Positions 1 to 10,805 of a DNA stretch of 38,478 nucleotides are shown piece after piece; position 1 is the first letter of the stretch, and every line of letters begins with the position of its first letter. Position numbers and translations under genes: made by a program. The notes under the pieces are model-generated. The model saw only the letters and a program-made list of their open reading frames with translations, did no database searches and was not told the DNA's origin. The DNA comes from Chiloscyllium plagiosum (lineage: Eukaryota), in the NCBI RefSeq assembly GCF_004010195.1, contig NC_057718.1:64145110-64183587 (forward strand), written 5' to 3'.

Positions 1-1030
1 GCATTTCACAGGGATCATTCCCTCTGGGACACCCTAGTCCATTCCTCGACCACCATCACCAGCCCCTCTTCTCATGCCCCTACCCATGTAACTGCAGAAG
101 TTGCAACCCCTGCCCCTTCACCTAGTCCCTGCTCATCATTCAAAGGGCCTAAACAGTCTTTCCAGTTGAAAGTTATAAACCACACAACACCAACAGGTTT
201 ATTTGGAAGCATAGCTTGCGGAGCGCCGCTCCTTCACCAGGAGGCTCTTCATCACAACCACTTGATGAAGGAGCGGCACTCAAAAAGCTAGCGTTTCCAA
301 ATACACCTGTTGGACTATAACCTGGTGTTGTATGATTTTTAAAAACTTTGTCCACCCCAGTCCAACACCAGCCAAGTCATGGTTTCCAGGTGAAGCAGCA
401 TTTCAATCTTGTGTATTGTATTCACTGCACCCAATGTGGCTTACTCTACATTGGAGAAACTAAACACAAATGGTGACTGCTTTGTAGAACACCTCTGGTT
501 CATATGTAAGCATGACCCTGACCCTCCCATAGCTGGTCATTTTAACACAGCATCCCGCTCTCATGCTCACTTGTCGAATCATAGCACAAACTGGAGGAGT
601 AACATCTCATCTTCAAACTAGGCATTTTACAACCTTGTGGGCTCAAAATTGAGTTCAATACCTTCAAATTGTGAACACATTTCTTTCCCTTTCTTTTAGC
701 TTTGCCTTTTACATTCTGTCTCCCTCAATTCAACTCCCCCCCTTGTGGACAGTCTGTTCTTTCCAGTCTGGCAGTTAGACACATCATTGTTCTGTTATTT
801 TCACACTACAATCATTTAATCTGAACTATCAACATCCATTCTTCCCCAGCACTCCAACACCCCCTACTCCCACTGTTGTTGCCCCGTCCACAATTTGCCT
901 TAGCTCTAATGAGAAGTCATCTAGACGTGAAATATTAGCTTTTTTTCTCTGCCTGATGCTGCCTGGCCTGCTATGATCTCCAGCAGTTTTGGTTTTCAGT
1001 TCATATTCCAGCATCTGTGGTAATTTGCTC
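1..1030 (+). mobile_element. Decayed 3' part of a Penelope-like retroelement (GIY-YIG endonuclease region plus pseudo-LTR), Neptune-like
   Basis: Manual translation gives a Cys-rich linker YPCNCRSCNPCP (81-116), a GIY-YIG motif VYCIHCTQCGLLYIGETK (411-464), then CFVEHL and IAGHFN, broken by frameshifts. The 3' end has a degenerate hammerhead core (CTAATGA 906-912, GAAA 929-932) followed by a gatgctgcctggcctgct...ttccagcatctg pLTR-type end. Interrupted by an insertion at 171-382. Confidence 0.85.
171..382. mobile_element. Fold-back PLE terminal-repeat insertion (family B) nested in the PLE endonuclease region
   Basis: Inverted arms 171-241 and 261-347, a ~35-nt unpaired tail 348-382, flanked by the near-direct repeat tttccagttgaa (159-170) / tttccaggtgaa (383-394). 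Each arm carries a degenerate hammerhead core. Confidence 0.8.
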
Positions 1031-1061
1031 TTAGTTGCTCATCTGAGGTTCTGCTAAGCTA

Positions 1062-2337
1062 ATGAGGGCTGAGCAGTAGACGTGATCTATATGGAGCTGA
1101 AAATGTGTTGCTGGAAAAGCGCAGCAGGTCAGGCAGCATCCAGGGAACAGGAGAATCGACGTTTCGGGCATAAGCCTTTCTTCAGGAAACCTCAGTAAGG
1201 CGTTCGACAAGGGTTTCCCATGGGAGACTGGTTAGCAAGGTTAGATCTCATGGAATACAGGGAGAACCAACCATTTGGATACAGAACTGGCTCAAATTTA
1301 GCAGACAGAGGGTGGTGGTGGAGGGTTGTTTTTCAGGTTGGTGGCCTGTGACCAGTGGAGTGCCACAAGGTTCAGTGCTGAGTCGACTACTTTTTGTCAT
1401 TTATATAAATAATTTGGATGTGAGCATAAGAGATATAGTTAGTAAGTTTGCAGATGACACCAAAATTGGAGGTGTAATGGAAGAAGATTACTTCAGATTA
1501 CAATGGGATTTTAATTAGATGGACTAGTGGGCTGAGAAGTGGCAGATGGAGTTTAATTTAGATAAATGCGAGATGCTGCATTTTGGGAACGCAAATCTTA
1601 GCAGGACTTATACACTTAATGGTAAGGTCCTAGGGAGTGTTGCTGAACAAAGAGTGCAGGTTCACAGTTCCTTGAAAGTAGAGCCACAGGTAGATAGGAT
1701 AGTGAAGAAGGCATTTGGTATGCTTTCCTTTATTGGTCAGAGTATTGACTACAGGAGTTGGGAGGTCATGTTATGGCTGTACAGGACATTGGTTAGGGCA
1801 CTTTTGGAATATTGCATGCAATTTTGGTCTCCTTCCTATCGGAAGGGTGTTGTGAAAGTTGAAACAGTTCAGAAAAGATTTCTAAGGATGTTCCAAGGAT
1901 TTGAGCTATAGGGTGAGGTTGTATACCTGGGGCTGTTTTCCCTGGAGCATTGGACGCTGAGGGGTGACCTTATAGAGGTTTATAAAATCATGAGGAGCAT
2001 GGATAGGATAAATAGAGAAAGTCATTTCCCTGGGGTGGATGAGTCCAGAACTAGAGGGCATAGGTTTAGGGTGAGAGGGGAAAAATATAAAAGTGACCTA
2101 GGGGCAATGTTTTCTCACAGAAGGTGGTGCGTCTATGGAATTATCTGTCAGAGGAAGTGGTGGAGGCTGGTACAATTGCAACATTTAAAAGGCATCTGGA
2201 TGGATATATGAATAGGAAGGGTTTGGAGGAGTATGGGCCAGTTGCTGGACAATGGGACTAAATTAGTTTGGGATATCTGGTCGGCATGGACGAGTTGGAC
2301 CGAAGGGTCTGTTTCTGTGCTGTACAACTCTATGACT
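1062..2337 (+). mobile_element. 5'-truncated CR1-type LINE (HER1-like), decayed RT C-terminus and 3' UTR
   Basis: ORFs 1312-1518 (SGVPQGSVL...SKFADDTKIGG) and 1546-1911 (MEFNLDKC...LEYCMQFWSP), with stops and frameshifts; ctctatgact-type 3' end. Confidence 0.93.
1094..1188 (-). mobile_element. Solo PLE pseudo-LTR fragment (family A) with hammerhead core, inserted in the CR1
   Basis: Nearly identical to 8031-8124. Splits the CR1 motif tatatgga|c(c/t)tcagtaaggcgttcgacaag. Minus strand reads CTGAAGA-aaggc-ttat-gccc-GAAA-cgtc. Confidence 0.85.
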
Positions 2338-2615
2338 TTAAAATGACATAATGTTATTTCTCTTCTCTCATTTTAAATCTCACGATATAAATTAACTTCT
2401 ATTAATTTGCTAGGAGACCTTCAGTCACCTCTCTGACACATACTGGTTTCAGAAAGATAGACCTAATTAGATAGTAAATGCCTTCACAAAAATAGACCAA
2501 CACTCATATGTCACTAGTTTAAAATCCAAATGCTTAAAAGAAGAGTCAAAGTTATGCTGCAGGGGAACAAAGCTAGAATACATTTTGCAACATTTTCTGT
2601 ACATGTTTTCATTAT

Positions 2616-2931
2616 GATTAGATTACACTAGATTCCCTACAGTGCAGAAACAGGCCCTTTGGCCCAACCAGTCCACAGTCATCCTCCGAAGAGTAACCCA
2701 CCCAGACCCATTTCCCTCTGACTAGTCCATTTCCCTCTGACTAGCACCTAGCACTATGGGCAATTTAGCACGGCCAATTCACCTAAAGTGCACATCTTTG
2801 GACTGTGGGAAGAAACTGGACACAGGGAGAATGTGCAAACTCCACACAGATAGCTGTCCGAGGCTGGAATCGAACCTAGTGTCCTGGCGTTGTGAGGCAG
2901 CAGTGCTAACCACTGAGCCAACGTGCCACCC
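2616..2931 (-). mobile_element. tRNA-derived SINE (HE1-like)
   Basis: Minus strand begins gggtggcacgttggctcagtggttagcactgctgcctcac (A box) with a ggttcgattcc B box, and ends in a CR1-like tail with atcta-type repeats. Internal 18-bp tandem duplication at ~2708-2744. Confidence 0.9.
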
Positions 2932-3013
2932 CTCTCTCCTATCCTCTCCCAAAATCTTTGACCTGATTCATCTCTTTTGTGAGGTAAATCAGTAAAGATA
3001 TGGAAATTATATA

Positions 3014-3172
3014 CAGTGGAACCTCGATTATCTGGCATTCGATTATCTGAATTTCTGATTATCTGGCAAGATCGCAAGGTTCCAACGCTCAGCTAAACTA
3101 TGTTATCCAGCATTCGATTAACCAAATGAAATACTCCCTGCCCATGTCCTTTGGATAATCGAGGTTCTTCTG
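3014..3172. mobile_element. Tc1/mariner-superfamily (Tigger/pogo-like) MITE
   Basis: TIRs cagtggaacctcgattatc (3014-3032) and gataatcgaggttcttctg (3154-3172); TA on both sides (3012-3013, 3173-3174); internal gattatctg sub-repeats. Confidence 0.85.
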
Positions 3173-5160
3173 TAGATAAAGTTCGTGATTTTGCTTGTTC
3201 TTTGTTGGTTTTCATTAAATCAGAGATTCACTCAATCTGACTGAAGGAATTTGCAATGGTGTAAGTGTGAGAGAATTAAGAGGTGGTTAAACTTCTTCTG
3301 CTCCATTATTAATGTTGGATACGGTTGTTAGTTTCCCAAGGAAAAAAAGAAGTGGTCCATCTAGACATTGTTGTTCTTTATAGAAAGTAGCTTATTTCTG
3401 GGTAGTTTTGACATGTTCTTCAAGGTTCTGTTCCAATACATGAATATACATATTGTGTTGGGAATGATTTGATTTATTGCTTGGTATTTTCTTTAGATTT
3501 CTGAGAAGTGGCTCTTTTGCTACAATTAAGACTTTGTTGTTGGAAAGCTGGACTATCTTGTGAGATTTTGGAAACTTTTGGAAATGTTTTATTTTCACAA
3601 GAATCAGCAAAATTTCTTTAGAAAAATGGTTAAAAGCTTCTGAGTTCAGTTCAAAGGAGACATGGCTGAAATCTGATGTAAGGGTACTTTCTTCTGGAAA
3701 AGGAAATTGTTCAGAACTGTTAAGGAATATAGTATCTGAGAGTAAGAATCTCAGTTGTGTGAGTCAGAGAAAGGCTTCACAGATCACGGGACCAAAACTG
3801 AAAAAAAGGTTAAACCTATAGATTTGATAGGGAAGAAAAGTTTCTTTGGAATTTGATAAACTGTAAAGTGGTCATGTTGTGAAGTAAATGGGATTTTATT
3901 TTTCCAAATGTTTTGAGAATATGTATAAATGTTAGTCAACATTTGTAAAAAAAGGGAAAAGGTGGAAAGAGATATTATGTAAAGACTTCAGGACCCTGGA
4001 CAACCTTGCAATGATCTTACAGAGCTGCATACCTCTGAACGTGAACAACACAGTGTAGGTGGAGTTAGAACACGACCAGACTAGACCATGCTACATGAGA
4101 CTAGAACCTCACAGAGTCTTGTGAGCACATGGACATGAACACACAAGGACAGATTAGTCCTCACCTAATATAACTGTAGGATCAGAGGCTGGTAAATCTA
4201 CAATTGCCATGTATAGCAACATTTAGTATTAATTGTAATAAATACTTTGTAATACTTTAGCCCAAAAACAATTTTTGAATATAGTTCCTCCCTGATCAGT
4301 CTGACTCAAACTCAAGCTCATCGTCTGGTACCAAACTGCTTGATAAAAATATTATTAAAAATTGCTATTAAAATCATTGCGCAAAACACAAGTGAAATCT
4401 TCCCAGCCTCTGAATGATGTGAGCACTTATTACAAAGTTGGGTAAATTATGTGAGGTGACTAGTAAGGAGTTTCTCGACACCTAGAGTAAAAAGATCCAT
4501 TTTCCAGCCAGCCATTGGATAGCAAGATGAGAATCTCATTGCTGAGAATGTGAGAGGCCTATTTACATCCATTAACAGCTCATTATTACACAATCTTACC
4601 TCATGCAGTTTCTCCTTCTCCATCTTGATAGATAGAAACTATAACCAAGAATTCCCAACATGAAAGTCAGAGCAGGTACCTGTGACTCCAAACATCCATC
4701 TTGGACACCAAGTACCAACATCTCAGGGCACACGCCATTGGCAGTGGCTGTAGACAACCACATCCATAGATGTTGGCATCCAACATGTAACTAGCCACTT
4801 TGCACTCTTTCGGCACATCTCTGATCCACTTGGAAGATGATTCTGCACTTTGGAGTGCTGCTGCCAAAGCCACATTGCGGGCAGGGACAGGTGCCTATAT
4901 CATGAATTCGATGACGTTGCATCTCAGGGATCATCGCTTGCTTTCTTTGCGCTCACTCACTTCCTACCCCCTTAGATGGCCTCAGCATTCCTGTCTTGCT
5001 TGCCTTTTTGCAATGTTGTCCCCTCACTGTCAAGGTACCTCTGTACTGAATTGCTGTTTAAGACAAAGTCAGGCAGCTGGTTATACTTGGCAGCAAAGGT
5101 TAGTGAAGGGGCTGGATGTGTTGCCGTATGGCACTGTGTGACATCAATTTCACATCTGCA

Positions 5161-5580
5161 CCCCTCCACCTGTCCTGGCTTTTCCGACCCTACTGTGGAC
5201 CTTTTCTCCTGGAATGAGACAAACAGAGGGATTGAGAGAGATGAAAGTGGCTGACACAATTGTTAGTGCTAGTGCAGATGGTGGAAAAGTGGCAAGGTGC
5301 CCCGAGTGAGAGTAAGAAGTGCACACAGCATGCAGGATAAGTAGGTTTCAGGGGGGCATGTGTGAATGAGAGCAAATGGCAAAGTTGCTACATGCAATAG
5401 TGAGAGGGATGAGCATGATCCTTAGTGCAAGGTGGGTACAGAGAGGTGGTGAAGGTGTGGTATTGGAAAGAAGAAGGTGGCACTTGCCCCAGTGAAGGAC
5501 TGACCTTCTTGCAGCACTGCTGGGCATTTCTTCAGCCTTTGGAGACAGCACTGAGCCAGGTGGAAACCTCAGACCAGGGT
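5161..5580 (-). pseudogene. Decayed spliced Myb/SANT-like ORF, probably from a PIF/Harbinger transposon
   Basis: Minus strand from 5579 reads PWSEVSTWLSAVSKG*RNAQQCCKKV. After an intron-like segment ending in a pyrimidine tract and cattccAG (5210-5209) it reads EKRS/HSRVGKARTGGG with one frameshift. Confidence 0.6.
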
Positions 5581-7993
5581 CTGGTACCGTAGTCTCCTCA
5601 ACTGGTCATGGATGAATGAGCCAGCCCTCGTCTGCACTGTCTGCCCACCAGGATGTTTGTAAACTGGTGAGACATGTGTGTGGCTAATAAAACAAAGCAG
5701 GCAGAGCAGTTCTGGACTGACAGCATTTCGACCAGGTGCACAATTCCCCATCAAAGGTGGGCCTGGTACCCAGAGTCCCAGGACGTCCTGGAGTACGTCC
5801 AGCTCGGACAAGTGAAATAATATGAAAAGCAATGCACTTTAGGGGCACAGCTAACAAGGGGACTTTGGGGAAGATAAAACGATAAAACGATAAAACCTGT
5901 GAGGCTTCATGGAGAGATACCCACCAAGAAATTCACCAAAAATGACACTCAATCAATTTCTTGAAAGATTCCATTCGATAATAATGAACAAATAACATGA
6001 GAGCTACACTTCAACAGTGAAATGAGAAGGAGCAGCAAATGTGAAAGAAGTTGTAGTTTTTGAGTGAATTGTTATTGAGTGTTTTTGTCTCCTTTTTTTG
6101 GCTTTCCTCTTTTCTGCTCTATTTCATGTCTGATGGTCACTCAAAACCCAGGAGTGTATAGTGGCGACGCCCTGGGTTTCCCTATTGACAGGTACTGCCC
6201 CTAGCCCCCAATGTAAAGTGCCAGGCTCAAGCTCTGAAACTGTAAGAGTGACACCAAATCCCTCCACTACCCACACCTGCCAACACTTACCTACAGTCTC
6301 ACTCACTCTGCTTGTCCTCTCCAATGATTATACCTTTCATCTTTTATCCTCAACAAATTTCTCTTTTCCTGCTCTCATTCCATTATCCCAGTGTCAATTC
6401 TCTCCCCTCCCTGACATCAGATCAAATCAGCACTGGAATAGTGTGAGGAAATGCCATCTGGCCAGAGGTGGGGGCCTCCTACTCAATCTGGAACGAAGTA
6501 GAGAGGGTCTCAGATTAGACATACATTGATCTGCAATGCCAATGTACAACTCAATGCTACTGTCCAATCTGCATGCTGCCAGTGAATGCAAATACTGTCA
6601 AAACAAAATTGGCAATGCAAATCAGAAAAAAAAACAGTTCCCCAACAAATAAATAACGTTACAAGAAAATGATGCTAAGTGTGGCAGCTTAAAGTGAGGG
6701 CTTACTGTAATTAGGTGGTCAGATTGTTAAAATATCTGAGACATCTCTTACAGAAAGGAAATAGGAAAGACTCAGCCTATTGTAAACTTCAAAGGTAAAA
6801 GTGAATCTTCATGATCTTTTCTTCCTCAGCAGATCACTTTGTCTTCCCCTCCCCCACCCATCCCTCCAACAATCTTCCAACAGCTGTTGGCTGCTCTTTA
6901 AATGATTAGTGTAAAACTTGCCTCCTCGCAGCCCATAAAATTAGAGTGCATCATCATGGGAAGGTGGCAGTATTTTTTGATACGTCTTCTGTTCTCCCTC
7001 TGCCCCCCACTGAGCAGTTAACAATGGCAGCTTGTTTGAAGGTGAGATGTGCACTTTCAGAAAGTGCCCAGTGCCATCTAGGAGGTGGTGTCGGCTTTTA
7101 CTTTAAGCTGCTTTAATGACTCTGTTAATTTTACCATTAGCTCAAAAGTGTTCAAATTAAGTTGCTCCGTGCATTGAGATTGCTTCGGCAATGATCAAAA
7201 GTAAGATTTGAAGGCATTCCTATTTTACATAGCTTTGAAACAATCAGTATTTAAAAGGGAGCTCTACCATTCATTGCAAAAATAACTTAGTTAAAGAGTT
7301 AACGGTGTGGAATATTTGAGCTGCAGTAAAAAAAAACCAGACAGAAACTAGTAAGTGATGTTTGATATGCTTCTGTAGCATTCAACTTGTGGTGCTGAAT
7401 GATAAGAGGATTGCACACTAATATTTGTGATCTTTCCATAAAATGAACTGCACTATAAAATCATCCACACTGACATAAGGAAAATCGGCTGGTGTTTAAA
7501 ATGAGCCTCCCCAGTGAATCTTTTCATGACTGACTGCACGCTCAGCTTCCCCAACTTGTTCTGCTGCCAGGGATTTCAGCAACTGGGTACTGTGACTCAT
7601 TACAACTCTATTGTTGACCTCCTTCCACCCTCTCCAGCTCTGAACTATTTGTTGCAGTTTTTGTTATTTTCATCTGATTGTGAGCTGTGAATGACTGTCT
7701 TTCTTTCTCTCTCTGTTTTGTTACTGGTCCTGCATGTGAAGAAGATTAAACTAATATCAGCTGTCAAACAAAGCACGACTTCCTGTTATGGCAATATATG
7801 CGTACAGAGATTACACTTTTTGTCATTCTAATACTGAATACACATGTGCCTGTGTGCAGGGTTTCATCTCAATCTTTTCAGGATTACCAGGAAAATACAG
7901 ACCTGTAAACAGGTTAATGTTTTTAGAACTGCTAGCTATAGTTCCTTCAATAGACCTATATTCTCACCTTCAGTACACCTGCTTTTGATTTAC

Positions 7994-8212
7994 TGAGGAG
8001 AAAGTGAGGTCTGCAGACGCTGGAGATCAGAGCTGAAAATGTGTTGCTGGAAAAGCGCAGCAGGTCAGGCAGCATCCAGGGAACAGGAGAATCGACGTTT
8101 CGGGCATAAGCCCTTCTTCAGGAATGAAGAAGGGCTTATGCCCGAAACGTCGATTCTCCTGATCCCTGGATGCTGCCTGACCTGCTGCGCTTTTCCAGCA
8201 ACACATTTTCAG
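7994..8212. mobile_element. Fold-back PLE terminal-repeat insertion (family A) with two head-to-head hammerhead cores
   Basis: 90-bp inverted arms 8031-8120 and 8125-8214 (1 mismatch, 4-nt loop ggaa), unpaired tail 7995-8030, exact 15-bp TSD ctgcttttgatttac (7979-7993, 8213-8227). Confidence 0.92.
8090..8126 (-). ncRNA. Minimal type I hammerhead ribozyme motif
   Basis: Minus strand cattc-CTGAAGA-a-GGGC-ttat-GCCC-GAAA-C-GTC-gatt: intact core, 4-bp stem II, palindromic ACGT stem III, GUC cleavage triplet. Stem I is weak. Confidence 0.75.
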
Positions 8213-8629
8213 CTGCTTTTGATTTACATCTATCAATATTCAAACAAAATCTTTGCTGTCTCTGTTCAAACACAATCAGAAGGACAGTCACCACATTGGT
8301 CAGAGGCCAACTCGAATTTTCCAGTCATCCTCTGGGAACTCAGTCACGGCTGCCTAGGGATGACCCAGCTAGCAGACTGGGTGGGCCAAGACTCCTGGAT
8401 CAGTTGCATGCCTAGTCGCCCCAGACCTATCTAGCCCCATCTGCAGCCCAGGCTACTCGGTGGAGAGATATAGCGGGATGGGGGAGCTGTAGCCATTTTA
8501 ATTTCAAAAGTATTCAGGGGTCACCTCAAGATGCAGGCTGCAATTCCTTCAGTCCAAAAGGCTCCTAATATCAAGAGCCTACCCACTGTTCCTAACTGGA
8601 CTATGACTATGCCCTCTGAACACTAAATA

Positions 8630-8790
8630 AAGACCAAAGTAAGTGCGGATGCTGGAAATCAGAAACAAAAGCAGAAATTGCTGCAAAAGCTCCTTGTTCT
8701 GAGGAAGGGTTGCTGGTCCCGAAACATTAACTCTGATTTCTCTTCATAGATGCTAGCAAACCTGCTGAGCTTTTCCAGAAATTTATGTTC
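8630..8790 (+). mobile_element. Older PLE terminal-repeat insertion (family C) with short inverted arm
   Basis: Inverted arms 8672-8692 and 8767-8787, upstream tail containing gatgctggaaatcag, and a degenerate core CTGAGGA-aggg...ccc-GAAA-catt (8699-8728). Confidence 0.7.
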
Positions 8791-10726
8791 CTGTGGCCAC
8801 TAATTGGAACATTTTGCAAAAAAACACTTTTGTGCAGGGTTGAGACTTGCATTTGACCCAGATGCGTAGGCCCTGGCACCAAACAGAAAACCCTGCCTCA
8901 AATCTCTGGCCTGTTATTCCAGACCAAACAGAAGCAGTTCTGTCACTGATATGTGGATATGTTAAGCTCTATTGATATGGTCTAGGACTGCAGATGTCCA
9001 GGTAATTTTCCATCAGTTCAACCATAAAATGCTGTTTTTGGGAGGAAAAAGAACTCACATGAAGGGAGTAAAAAAATTTAACTTTGCAAAGTATCCAATA
9101 AAAACAACCATGTACTAAAAAGATTCCAGTTTAAGAGCTGGGCCACGTTTGATTCTATTTCAAAGAGATGGACTTTGCAAAAGAGCAAATCCAATCGAAA
9201 TATGATATAAATTGGCCAGGTAACAATTGAAATAGTTTGGTGTTAATGAAACAATCACATGAAACAAGTGCATATGGAAAGCACTTCTGACTATTTGATC
9301 CAGAAGAACAGGCTAGTAACTGGATGAGGAGGCCCAGGTTCAAGACCCACCTAATCTAGAGGTGTGTGATTAAAAATCTGAACAGGTTGTTTGAAAATAT
9401 TTGTTTTTTAGAAACAAACCTGCAGAATCCTTGCATTCTGCACCTCCTACATGCCGGTTGAACACCTGCTCTCTTAACAAGAGCATCAATGATGTCTATA
9501 ACTGAAAAATAATGACAAACTCTGTCTTTTGCTGTTTCAATTCGCTCTATATTGTAATAGTATCCCAAAAAAAATGCCTTCTTTGAATTTTCAACAAATT
9601 AATGCTAGCCTTGCCCGCTGTAAATCTTCACTGCATATTTATTGGGGTGCTTCTCAGCTGTCACTGCCAAAGACTATAACTGGCCTGTGAGTAATGCCTC
9701 TTGCAGTTCTGCTGACTGCCAAGTTATGCTCTGTTTACCGACTCTCCAATATAATCTTTCTTCTGTGGGCTGAGTTGACTTTGACAGTCACTTGTGAAAA
9801 AATATTTTCAAATAACTTCATCCTCCTAGAATGCCTATGTAGTTCTACACTGCCAGCAACAACCTGAAATGGTTGTTTTTCATCTTCCCACAGATTTTCT
9901 TTTGTTTGCCTTCGGGTTTTGCAAATGTATTATTTCAGCTGAGAATTCAATGTGTTAATGGTCTTTATATCTTGACTGCACAGAAGAATGACTAATGCTA
10001 CATCTCCCCCCCCCACCCATCACAATGAGCATCTATCTCCATCCTGTGAGTTTTAAAAAGCAAGGCAAGCAATTTGTCCAGCACCTACTCACTTTAGGTG
10101 ACAACAATTAATTAGCTGAAGAGGAAAAGAAGTATTAATTCTAACACTGGGTGGTGTGTCTGCTGTTGAAAAACACTGCTAACTAGAGAGCATTGGGCCT
10201 GTGGGTTTGGCACCTACCTTGGGAAACATTTGCTCAGTTTCTTCCTGCACTTTCCTTTGTTTGCTCACGAGATAATTTATGTGCTGGAAGCTGGATAATC
10301 CTGGAAGCCCAGCCTGTGGGAATATGAATGAATACAAACGGTGGTGAAAATATAGATGGGAAAGAACTTTCATCAGTAATCGCTTACCTCCTTCAAAAGC
10401 TGCTGTGTCATAAACCACAGAGTTTTATACTTTTCCCTTTGAAAGTTTTGTAAACTCACGTTTGTAAAAAAGATTTAAATAATTGTTCTATTAAAGTGAA
10501 GTAAAATAACTTTGTCAGAAGAAATAATGATAAACAGATATTATTTTGATCTTCTGTAATAAGTGTAGTTTTGATAAAGATGCAAATTCTTTTTTTGTGT
10601 CGTATTAGAAGGCACTGTCTGGACTTGGCATATAAAAGAGGTTGTAGATTCGATTCCTGACCAGTGCTGAGTTAACTAGAACTCATTTATTTAATTAGTC
10701 TCAGTGTTTTCAAACTAATAAGAGAG

Positions 10727-10805
10727 AGCTCTTGTGGTATAGTGGTAATGTCCTTACCTCTAAGCCAAAGGCCTGTATTAAATGTCACCTGCTCCAGAAG
10801 TGTGC
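10727..10805 (+). mobile_element. Decayed tRNA-like SINE head
   Basis: gtggtatagtggtaatgtccttacctct resembles an A box. Related fragments at ~9320-9400 (+) and ~15868-15935 (-). Confidence 0.45.

Noticed and set aside
3305..4358. Possible solo LTR bounded by attattaa
   Set aside because: No TG...CA termini, partner LTR or primer-binding site, and the AT-rich 8-mer could be chance.
8031..8214. Palindromes read as DNA-transposon MITEs or miRNA precursors
   Set aside because: The one-sided tail, variable 11-15-bp TSDs, solo single-arm copies and hammerhead cores fit PLE retrotransposition better, and nothing supports miRNA processing.
8027..8434. Overlapping ORFs on both strands sharing MCCWKSAAGQAASR (similar peptides at 31951-32172 and 38126-38385)
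   Set aside because: Artefact of the palindromic pseudo-LTR, not a protein gene.
10383..10420. Minus-strand splice-donor-like AG|GTAAG suggesting a small exon
   Set aside because: No convincing acceptor or recognisable peptide.
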